Origin: an uncultured Christensenellaceae bacterium
Lineage (GTDB): Bacteria; Bacillota; Clostridia; Christensenellales; UBA3700
DNA: 50,044 nt
Assembly (NCBI GenBank): GCA_944381345.1
Contig: CALWKU010000010.1
Span: forward strand, 1-50,044
Direction: 5' to 3'
Shown: one piece after another, positions 34,018 through 42,400 of the stretch
Layout of the letters: each line of letters opens with the position of its first letter
Numbering within the stretch: position 1 is the first letter of the stretch
Notes under the pieces: model-generated
Seen by the model: only the letters and a program-made list of their open reading frames with translations
Database searches by the model: none
Told to the model about the DNA's origin: nothing
Made by a program: the position numbers and the translations under genes

Positions 34018-35144
34018 TCCGAAATGTCCTCCGCCGCAAGTCCGCGCAGCGAAGCCGCTCCTTTGTCGTTTATCGCTTTTATCGTAACCGTTTTTGCCGA
34101 GAAAATCAAGCGTTTTCCCTGCCAAAAGCGCACAAAGCCTACCGCGTCTCCCGCGCGATAGCCGACGGGCGCGTCGTCCAGAGGGACGAAATCCCAGCAA
34201 ATATCGCCGCTTTCTCCGTTTTTCAACGGCAGGACCACGTCCTCGGCGAGTCGGAGTTCTATTTGTTCGCCGCGATAATCGTACTCAAACAGCGGCAAGT
34301 CCGCCCTGCCGACAAGGCGCGGTTCGTAGTTTTCAAAGCCGTATTCGAGCAGCGACGCAGCTTTTTGCCACATATCTGCGCGATTGAGGACGACGCAGAT
34401 AAGCTGCATCCCTCCTCTCTTCGCCGCACCCACGAAGCATTTGCCCGCCAGAGTGGTATAGCCCGTCTTGACGCCGTTAGCTCCCTCGAATGTCGAGAGC
34501 AGCTTGTTTTTGTTGTAAAATACTCGCGTCTCGCTCTCCCGCGGATCTTCGGAGCGATAAGACTTTGAAGACGCTATCTTTACGAATTCCGGCTCGAGAA
34601 ACGCTTCGCGCGTTATGAGCGCAAGATCGTGCGCCGAAGTGTAGTGTCCTTCCGCGTGCAAACCGTGCGGATTGCAAAAATGAGTGTTTACAAGTCCCAA
34701 CCTTTCCGCTTCTGCGTTCATCTCGTCGACGAACACTTCTTCGCTTCCGCTTGCCGCTACGGAAAGCGCATGAGCGGCGTCGTTGCCCGAGCGCAGCATC
34801 AATCCGTACAGCAGAGTGCGCACGGAGATCTTCTCTCCCTCTTTGAGATAGACGGACGACCCTTCGATCCCGACGCTGTCTCTCCCCACGACGACGATGT
34901 CGTCCATGTCGAGCTTTCTCAAAGCGACGAGTGCGGTCATGACCTTTGTCGTACTCGCCTCTTCAAGTCTCATATCCTTGTTTTCCGCATCCAAAACGAT
35001 GCCGGTCGCCGCGTCTATAAGCACAAAAGCCGAACCGGTCTGAGCGCTGACATTGAAAAGAAAAAACAGACTCGTTAAGGCTGAAAACAGCGATATTATT
35101 ATCAAAATCGCACTAATTGAGAACAATTTATTACCAATGGTCAT
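33951..35144 (-). CDS. dacB: D-alanyl-D-alanine carboxypeptidase (peptidase S11)
   Basis: Has an N-terminal TM/signal region and the motifs STTK (SxxK), SGND (SxN) and KTGYT (KTG). The ATG at 35144 overlaps the ytfJ stop (ATGA). The scpAB...dac...rluB order mirrors the Bacillus subtilis arrangement. The 3' end overlaps the proposed rluB start by 67 nt. Confidence 0.85.
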   Translation of the reverse strand: MTIGNKLFSISAILIIISLFSALTSLFFLFNVSAQTGSAFVLIDAATGIVLDAENKDMRLEEASTTKVMTALVALRKLDMDDIVVVGRDSVGIEGSSVYLKEGEKISVRTLLYGLMLRSGNDAAHALSVAASGSEEVFVDEMNAEAERLGLVNTHFCNPHGLHAEGHYTSAHDLALITREAFLEPEFVKIASSKSYRSEDPRESETRVFYNKNKLLSTFEGANGVKTGYTTLAGKCFVGAAKRGGMQLICVVLNRADMWQKAASLLEYGFENYEPRLVGRADLPLFEYDYRGEQIELRLAEDVVLPLKNGESGDICWDFVPLDDAPVGYRAGDAVGFVRFWQGKRLIFSAKTVTIKAINDKGAASLRGLAAEDISEWKDSTSISLPAASRREEAPIC

Positions 35145-35500
35145 CGCCTGATCACCCCCGCAGCAATGTCCACTAACCTGTCGAACAGCTCTTTTCTCTC
35201 CTCTTTCCCCATCTTGAACACCTCTGCCTCGCGTCCCGGTCCGCAGCACAAAAATCCGACGGGCGTGACCGTGACGCCTCCTCCTCCGCCTCCCGCAAAC
35301 TGTATGGGAGCAGGCGTGCGTTCTCCTTGAATATAGTCGCCTCCGCCGGTTGCGAAACCTATCGATATCTTGCTCATAGGTATGAGCGTCGACCCGTCGG
35401 GCAAGTGTATCGGCGAACCGAATGCATTGTCGACTACGCCCGCGCTTTTAAGACTGTTCATCGTAGCGGCTATCATAGCGTTTACGTCCTCTTTCATCAT
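35141..35500 (-). CDS. ytfJ: sporulation protein YtfJ / GerW family
   Basis: Matches the 119-aa GerW/YtfJ pattern: FGSPIHLPDGSTLIPMSKISIGFATGGGD, then a Gly run (GGGGGG), then VTPVGFL. The SD GAGGTGG is present. Confidence 0.85.
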   Translation of the reverse strand: MMKEDVNAMIAATMNSLKSAGVVDNAFGSPIHLPDGSTLIPMSKISIGFATGGGDYIQGERTPAPIQFAGGGGGGVTVTPVGFLCCGPGREAEVFKMGKEERKELFDRLVDIAAGVIRR

Positions 35501-35703
35501 TCCACCTCGTCGATAGTGTGCGCCTCCCTGCCGCGCTTATTCGCAGCGCGTATTGTCTTTCGTAGATCCGCAGCGCATACCCGTATCATTCACACTCAAG
35601 CGTCTTTTGGCGTTTTTCATCGGCATACTCCCTCTTATCTTCTCGATTGTCTGCCAAACGTCCTATTCCTGAACAATTTCGATTCGTTACCCATACTAAG
35701 CGT

Positions 35704-36258
35704 ATGACGCCGATGATATTCATCTCTCTGCCCGCTATTACGATTTGCCTTGCCGCATGCGCGCTGCTTGGCGCGAAACTGAATTTTTCATTTATCTTCG
35801 ATCCGTCGATGAGCGCCCTCTGTCTCGACATATACGCTGCGGGCAGACACGTCGCCAAGATCAGAATGTTCGAGGCGGGAGACATGATTTGGCGCAAGAC
35901 AGGCTCGAGCAATCCAAAGCCCCTTCGCGCTCACCGAAAACATAGGACAAAAGATCGCGCCGAAAAACGCGCCGCCGTTGCCGCGGTACGCGCCTTTTCG
36001 CTCAAAGCGGATTCTCTGACGATAAGGCTCACTCTCCCCTTCGGCGATCATCCTGCAACGGAAGCGAAATTGCTTGCCGCAAACGCCGCTCTCGCTTTTG
36101 TCACGCGCTTTGTCATCCCTTCCCGGCATGACTGCGTGATGCGCACCGCGGACGTGCGCTCTGCGTCGCTGTACGGCAGCGTTGTCGTCGAAGCGTCCGA
36201 AGCGATCGAATGCGTCATGCGCTGTCTGTCTGCGGCGAAAACGTCGGCGAAGAAATAA
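35704..36258 (+). CDS. hypothetical membrane-anchored protein, possibly DUF2953/YtfI-like
   Basis: Codon usage matches the neighbours, whereas the antisense ORFs look like shadow frames. It has an N-terminal hydrophobic segment (MIFISLPAITICLAACALL) and a later PFGDHPATEAKLLAANAALAFV stretch reminiscent of DUF2953. There is no obvious SD, and the start is uncertain (the ORF opens at 35647). Confidence 0.4.
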   Translation: MTPMIFISLPAITICLAACALLGAKLNFSFIFDPSMSALCLDIYAAGRHVAKIRMFEAGDMIWRKTGSSNPKPLRAHRKHRTKDRAEKRAAVAAVRAFSLKADSLTIRLTLPFGDHPATEAKLLAANAALAFVTRFVIPSRHDCVMRTADVRSASLYGSVVVEASEAIECVMRCLSAAKTSAKK

Positions 36259-36337
36259 AAATCACAGCAGGTCCGCGCATTTTATGACCGCCTCTCCTGC
36301 GGCGTCCGTTGACTTTACCCGTTTTTACCGATCGGTA

Positions 36338-36366
36338 TTGACATATTCTGCTTGCGGTTGTATAAT
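36338..36366 (+). promoter_or_regulatory. consensus sigma-A promoter
   Basis: TTGACA (36338-36343), a 17-nt spacer, then TATAAT (36361-36366), about 28 nt upstream of the ATG at 36394. Confidence 0.65.
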
Positions 36367-36393
36367 TAAATCGATAAGGAAAAAGGAGGAATT

Positions 36394-36837
36394 ATGGATC
36401 TCGACAGCTATTTTGCCAAGTATTCCGCTTTTGAGCGCCCTCTCTTGCTAAAAGAGGCTTACACCCGTTTCCGCGACTACGACAACGCTCTTTTCGCGCT
36501 CAGTTCGCGGCGAGTCATCTCAGACGAAACATACCGCGACAGCTCAACTTTATTGCCGGCGATCATAGCCGCCGAGGACGGACGCTACTACGAAAAAGAG
36601 GACGATATGTGGGGATATGTATTTGAACCGGCTCAAGCCGCCGCCGTAAAACAAAAGGCGGAACGGCTCGCGGACGGCAACGGAACCGCGGCAGCGATGG
36701 ACGCGCAACGCGACCTGCTCTCCAAACTGCCCGGATCGTCGTGCGAGGACGCGCTCGTCTTTGCGGTCTGCTACATCCTCTGTTTCAGCGCGGTCAGCGA
36801 CGCCAACCGCAAGCTGCTGCACTCGCTGTTCGATTAA
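36394..36837 (+). CDS. hypothetical protein (147 aa, no family recognised)
   Basis: Has a strong SD (AAAAAGGAGGAATT-ATG), its own consensus promoter and its own terminator. The product is soluble and looks helix-rich. Confidence 0.65.
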   Translation: MDLDSYFAKYSAFERPLLLKEAYTRFRDYDNALFALSSRRVISDETYRDSSTLLPAIIAAEDGRYYEKEDDMWGYVFEPAQAAAVKQKAERLADGNGTAAAMDAQRDLLSKLPGSSCEDALVFAVCYILCFSAVSDANRKLLHSLFD

Positions 36838-36847
36838 TCGAAAATAT

Positions 36848-36880
36848 GCGGGGCGCTCCGCGACGGAGCGCCCCGCTTTT
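36848..36880 (+). terminator. rho-independent terminator
   Basis: GCGGGGCGCTCCG-CGA-CGGAGCGCCCCGC forms a 13-bp stem and is followed by TTTT, 10 nt after the stop. Confidence 0.85.
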
Positions 36881-37034
36881 GCCGCTCAAAATTATACCGT
36901 CGGCGCGGCTCTTTGCAAATAATGCGTTCATACTGCCGCGGCGGCTCAAACCGGCGGCCAACGCACGTTACCCGACGAGAACGCCGTCGCCAATACCGAA
37001 ACGATGCAAGTCTGTTTGCTTCGTCAAGACCGCG

Positions 37035-37808
37035 TTACTCTTCGACGTTTTGTCCGTCGGCGTCGGCGGCGACCTCAAAGGTATCGTCTTTCTCTCCGCC
37101 GTCGATGACGTCAAACTTTTCGCCCTCCAAAAAGTCGGGAATCTCGGAGGTGTTCATCTCCCTGTCCAATTCTTTGGCGATCAGCTTTTCCTGCAAGCGC
37201 TTGTCGTATTCGCCGCTTCCGTCGTCGCCTATCTCGCGGTACAATCCCTCGGAGAGGTTGTTGTAGCCGCCCGTCTCGACAAGCCTTTCCATTACTTTGG
37301 CATAGTCGGGCAGCTCGTCTATGCTGTGCAGCGCGAATTTTTTGAGAAAGTTATCCGTAGTGCGGTACAGCGTGGGACGCCCGGGCGCGTTCTTTTTGCC
37401 GCACGACTCGATCAGCTCAAAGCGCAGCAGCGTCGTTATCGCATAGTCGGAACTTACGCCTCCTCTTATCTCTTCGATCTCGCCGCGCGTGGTCGGCTGT
37501 TTGTAGGCGATGATCGCCAACACTTCGAGCAGGGTGCGCGACAGTTCGCGTTCCTTTATGGGACGAAGCGCGCCTGCGACGACATCGCCGTATGCGGGGT
37601 TGGAGGCGAATTGCACCTTGTCGCCCACATGTATGAGGACTATGCCGCGCGGATCGCGGTAAGTCTGATCGAGCGCCTTGATCGCGTCGTTTATGTCTTT
37701 TTTAGTTACCTCGGGGGGCAGACTGTCCAGCAGTTCGGCGCGCTTTATCGGCACTCCGGACGCGAAGATCAGCGCCTCCACGGTATGTATTATTTCACTC
37801 TTCGTCAT
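37035..37808 (-). CDS. scpB: segregation and condensation protein B, with an extended acidic C-terminal tail
   Basis: Begins MTKSEIIHTVEALIFASGVPI and contains LAIIAYKQPTTRGEIEEIRG (ScpB winged-helix repeats). It lies downstream of scpA and overlaps it. Confidence 0.9.
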   Translation of the reverse strand: MTKSEIIHTVEALIFASGVPIKRAELLDSLPPEVTKKDINDAIKALDQTYRDPRGIVLIHVGDKVQFASNPAYGDVVAGALRPIKERELSRTLLEVLAIIAYKQPTTRGEIEEIRGGVSSDYAITTLLRFELIESCGKKNAPGRPTLYRTTDNFLKKFALHSIDELPDYAKVMERLVETGGYNNLSEGLYREIGDDGSGEYDKRLQEKLIAKELDREMNTSEIPDFLEGEKFDVIDGGEKDDTFEVAADADGQNVEE

Positions 37809-38607
37809 ATTTGTCCTCCGTCCTGGTCAGCTCCGCAAGGTCGTAATCTTTGCCCTCCCGCTCCTCGTTCAGCTCGATAAAAATATCCGCGTCGCGGCTC
37901 TCCTGCGTCGCCTTGACAAACTGCTTTTTCATCAATTCGAGCAACGCCTGAAATGTGGCGATGACCTCCGACCTGCTCGCGTCCTCGGCGAACAGATCGT
38001 AAAAATCCACCCTCTTTTTTTCCATCACGACCTTGGAGATGAGCGCGATCTTCTCCGCGACGGTAAACCTGTCCTTGCGTATCTTTTTTGTGCTAAGCTC
38101 TTTGTCTCGCTGTGACATTTTGAGCAGCATCTTGCCGAACGCGTCGACGAGTTTGTCAAGGTTGAAACTCTTGACGACGATCTCGGCGTCGTCCTCGGTG
38201 AACTGAGGCTGCGGATAAAATTGATTGATCACTTCCGTCTTGCGCATCTCGTCCGCCTCGTCCTTGAACATCTTGAACAGGATGAGCTGACGGCGCAGAT
38301 CCTCCTCGGGGTCGTACTCGCCGAAGTCGTCCTGCTCGTCGAGATCGAGTTGTGGCAAAAGGCTCTTAGCCTTGATGTCGAGCAGCGTTGCCGCCATCAC
38401 CAAAAAGTCGCTCGCAACGTCCATATCCACCTCGCCTATCTGATCCATATATGCGAGGTACTGCCCCGTAACCTCGGACAGCCGGCAGGTCATGATGTCC
38501 AGCTTGCTCTCCTTGATCAGCGAATAAAGCAGATCGAGCGGCCCCTCGAAGTCGCTCAATTTGAGTTTGATAACGTCGCTTGCGTGATAGTCGAAAAAGT
38601 TTGCCAT
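37795..38607 (-). CDS. scpA: segregation and condensation protein A (kleisin)
   Basis: Contains LSDFEGPLDLLYSLIKESKLDI and TGQYLAYM, the ScpA N-terminal signatures. Confidence 0.9.
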   Translation of the reverse strand: MANFFDYHASDVIKLKLSDFEGPLDLLYSLIKESKLDIMTCRLSEVTGQYLAYMDQIGEVDMDVASDFLVMAATLLDIKAKSLLPQLDLDEQDDFGEYDPEEDLRRQLILFKMFKDEADEMRKTEVINQFYPQPQFTEDDAEIVVKSFNLDKLVDAFGKMLLKMSQRDKELSTKKIRKDRFTVAEKIALISKVVMEKKRVDFYDLFAEDASRSEVIATFQALLELMKKQFVKATQESRDADIFIELNEEREGKDYDLAELTRTEDKYDEE

Positions 38608-38616
38608 ATCAGCCGT

Positions 38617-39342
38617 CTATACCCCCAATATCAGCTCGAATAGTTGCAGCATCGCATTGCGCACGGCGTTCATGTACAGCCCCAAAACGTCGAGATAGGG
38701 ACTGATCCTGCCCAACACGTTGCCCGCAAGCAACAGCCCGAGCAACAAAAACGAACCGTAGCGGTAGTTGAACTCTACGTATTTGTTGTACGGCTTGGCG
38801 AGCGTCTCGACGACGCGGAAGCCGTCCAAAGGATAGACCGGGATGAGGTTGAACGCGAGCAGCGTCAGGTTGACCGTGGCGGAATAGCTGAGCAGCTGCA
38901 AACAGAATTGCATAAAGTAGTACCCCGCGTTCTTTGACGCGAACGTGACCGTCTCGCCGAGTATCGCCGCCATGACGGCAATACACGCGGTTGCCAAAAA
39001 CGCCTGCAACAGGTTGCACAGCACACCTGCAAGCGAGACGGTGATCATACCTTTTTTGTAATTGCGGAAATTGCGGCTATCGATCGGCACGGGCTTTGCC
39101 CAACCGAATCCGATCAACGCCAACATGAGAAACCCTATCGGATCAAAGTGCTTGACGGGATTGAGAGTAAGTCTGCCCGCCGCCTTTGCGGTGTAGTCTC
39201 CGTTCCAATAAGCGACGAGACCATGCGCAAGCTCGTGAAGCACGATTGCGCCGCAAATGGCTATCAAATAGGCAGTCACTGCGATGAAACCGAGCAACAG
39301 ATCGTCGGTCGACAACATCGACACTATCAAACTTATCAGCAT
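38617..39342 (-). CDS. site-2 protease family (M50) membrane metalloprotease
   Basis: A polytopic membrane protein with the HExxH motif (LHELAHGLVA) in TM1 and a downstream LIPVYPLDG (NxxPxxxLDG-like) motif. Confidence 0.85.
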   Translation of the reverse strand: MLISLIVSMLSTDDLLLGFIAVTAYLIAICGAIVLHELAHGLVAYWNGDYTAKAAGRLTLNPVKHFDPIGFLMLALIGFGWAKPVPIDSRNFRNYKKGMITVSLAGVLCNLLQAFLATACIAVMAAILGETVTFASKNAGYYFMQFCLQLLSYSATVNLTLLAFNLIPVYPLDGFRVVETLAKPYNKYVEFNYRYGSFLLLGLLLAGNVLGRISPYLDVLGLYMNAVRNAMLQLFELILGV

Positions 39343-39406
39343 ACTATCCCTGCTTCTCCCTCGCGCCGCATTCTCATAGTTTAGCAGACCTGCGCGCCGC
39401 TGTCAA

Positions 39407-42400
39407 TCAAACGGACAGCATCCCTTCGACATTGACGATAACTCTCTTTTGGGCGATCGCGTCATCGAGGACATACCCTATCCAATCGAGCGCAGCCTTG
39501 GTCTTTTTCCCGCCCAACAGATTGGACGCCTCTTTGACGGCGTCGTCGCGCGAGAGCTTTCCTCCGCATTCGAGCGCGCACTTGATCGCGGCGAGAATTT
39601 CGTCCGGGTACATACGCGCGATGTCGCGGACGTTCTTTGCGTCCGACGGACGGAAAGTCTCCACCGTCTTGTCTACAAAGAACGCTTTGTCCTCTATCTC
39701 CCTGCGCAGCGAAGCGAACATATCGCAGTAGGCGGTCAGCTGCGCGATCGCCTTTTTCGCGGTCGCAGGCACGGCGAACTGCGCGCACAAGCGGGTCAGC
39801 AGCGTGCGCAGCTCGATCGGCGATTCGCGGTCGATGATCGCGCGTATCTTCTCGACGATCTTGTCCTTGCTTGCGGGGTTGAGCACGAAGTCCGCGCCCG
39901 ACGCCTTTGCCGCCGGTTTGACGGCGAACGCCTTGTACGGTTCTTTGTACTTGGCGACGATGTCGCGCATCGCCTTTTTGCCCAGCGCGCGCTTCTCGAC
40001 GAGCGCGGACACCGCATCCTTAATCCTCTGTATCTCGCGCTTGGGATTGTTGAAGTAGTTGACGCACCAGACGTGGTAAGTATTCCAACCGAGACGGCGC
40101 AATATACGCGCATGCATCGTCACGCGGTCGCGCACGCCCTTGAATTTGAGGTCGTTCTCGCTGTCGGCGAGTACCGCGAGGATATAGCGGTCGGGGTTGC
40201 GCGGGTCGACGATCGCAACGTCGATCTTGAAGTCGGATACGCCCACGTTGCTCTCGCAGGCGATGCCTCTGTCTTTGAGTTCGCGCGCAAGCTGCTCTCC
40301 TATCCCCTCGTCCGTTCTGCCCATATCGGTGTTGCTGATGGCGAGCATATCCTTGCCGCGCTCCGCATATTCGAGGAAGTATTTGAGACACTCCACGCCC
40401 TTACTGTTGGTGCGGCTGAGATCTATCATATTGCCGCGTATCGCGCTGAATACGCACATCTCCGAGCGTGCGCGCGTGACCGCGACGTTGAGACGTTTCT
40501 GTCCGCCGTTTTGATTGATCGGTCCGAAATTGAGCGACAGCTTGCCGTTTTTATCCGGACCGTAGCCCACGCTGAACAGTATTACGTCGCGCTCGTCGCC
40601 CTGCACGTTTTCGAGATTTTTGACAAACAGCGGCTCTTCCCGCTCAAACGCCGCCGAGTCAAGCCCCTCTTCGTGGATGCGCTTGTTGAGTGCTGTCTCG
40701 ATGTAATTTTGCTGAGCTATGTTGAAAGTGACGACGCCTATGCTCTCCTTGTTCTTGACGGGATCTTTGAGCCTCTTGACTATGTCGGCGACCAGTTCGT
40801 CGCCCTCTTTTTTGTTGCACTTCTCGCCGCCTCTCTCGTAGACGCCGTCCACATAGCGGAACGTCACCTTGCTGTTGAGTTCGTTGGGCGACGGGAAGGT
40901 CAAAAGCGTGTTGTCGTAGAAAGTCGCGTTTGAGAATGCGATAAGGCTCTCGTGACGCGAACGGTAATGCCAACGCAGTCTGTTTTGAGGCATACCGAGC
41001 GCGAGACAGTCGTCGAGGATGCTCTCGAGGTCCTCCGACTCGTAGTTGTCCTCGTCGCGCACGTCCGCGTTGAAGAACGTGGTCGGAGGCAGCTGCTGCG
41101 GATCGCCGACGACGATAAGCGACTTTCCTCTCACGATGCTGCCCACCGCCTTACAGGTCGGCAGCTGCGACGCCTCGTCGAAAATGACGAGGTCGAACTT
41201 GTCCAGATCAACGTCGAGGAATTGGGTGACCGAGGACGGGCTCATCATCATACACGGACAGCACGCTTTGAGCAGCGTCGGGATGTTGGCAAACAACGTC
41301 CTCAGCGTCATCCCCTTCATATTGGTCTTTTCGGCGCGCATCAACAGCACTCGTTCCGTGCTTTGAGCGCCTTCGTCCTCGGGACGCGGCAGGCGCGCGA
41401 CGAGACGGTTGAAGATCTCCGAACGGGTGAGCCGTTCGTACTCGTCCGTCATCTCGCGGAACTTGGCGGACGTCTCCTCGAGCGACATACCCGAAAAGCG
41501 GCTGAGCGTCTCGTCGAGCAGCAGCTCGCTGCGCACGAAGTTGAGATACACGCACTTTTTGAAACAGCTCAGCACGTCCGCCGCGGTGATCTCGCCGTTG
41601 CCGAGAGGTCCGATCACAAATTCCAGACCGCTCGCGCGGCACTTTTGGACTATCTCCTGATAGCGGCACCAATTGGGGACGTAATCAAAGTTTTTCTGAA
41701 TGTTGGAGATATACTCTATCTTTGCGCCAAGCTCCGCGCCTCCGCACCAGCCGTCCGTTCGGTAGACGTCGCAGAACGTCTTGATCGCGCGCTCGTAGCC
41801 CTCGTAGGCGTAGACGTAATATTGCCCGTGCAGATTTGAACCGTAGCGCGTCAGCGCGGCGCAGCTCTCCTCGAACACCCCGACGTCGAGGTCGGCGTAC
41901 AGATCCGCCGCCGCGCCGTAGAGTTCTTCTATCGCTTCGCAATATTCGGCGACCGTCTTTGCGTCGGCGTCCGGCGCGCCGAACACGACGCGCAGCTCCT
42001 TGGCTGTCTTGCCTGCCATACGGCGCGTCTGCTCGCAGCGCGACAAATAGCCGAAGAACGCCTGTCTCTGCTCCTTTTCGACGCCGTCCGGCATGAGCTT
42101 ACGCAGCTTGCGCGACGGACCTTTGCCCCCGGCAGCCTCCGCGAGGTCGTCCTGCGGGACGTCGGCGGGATATGCACCGTACCGCGCGCGGTAGTCGGTC
42201 ATCATCATCGCCGCCTTGTTGCTGAGGTTGAGATAGTTGTCCACAAGATCCTTTTTGTTCGGATTTTTGTCGGCAAAATAGCTCGCGGCAAACTCCTTGT
42301 CCAATCCGAGAGACAGCTTGTACAGCGCCTTCAATTTTTGGTCTGTCAGCGACACCGTGCGCACGCTGTAATACGGCAGCAGATTGCGCGCGGAAGAGCG

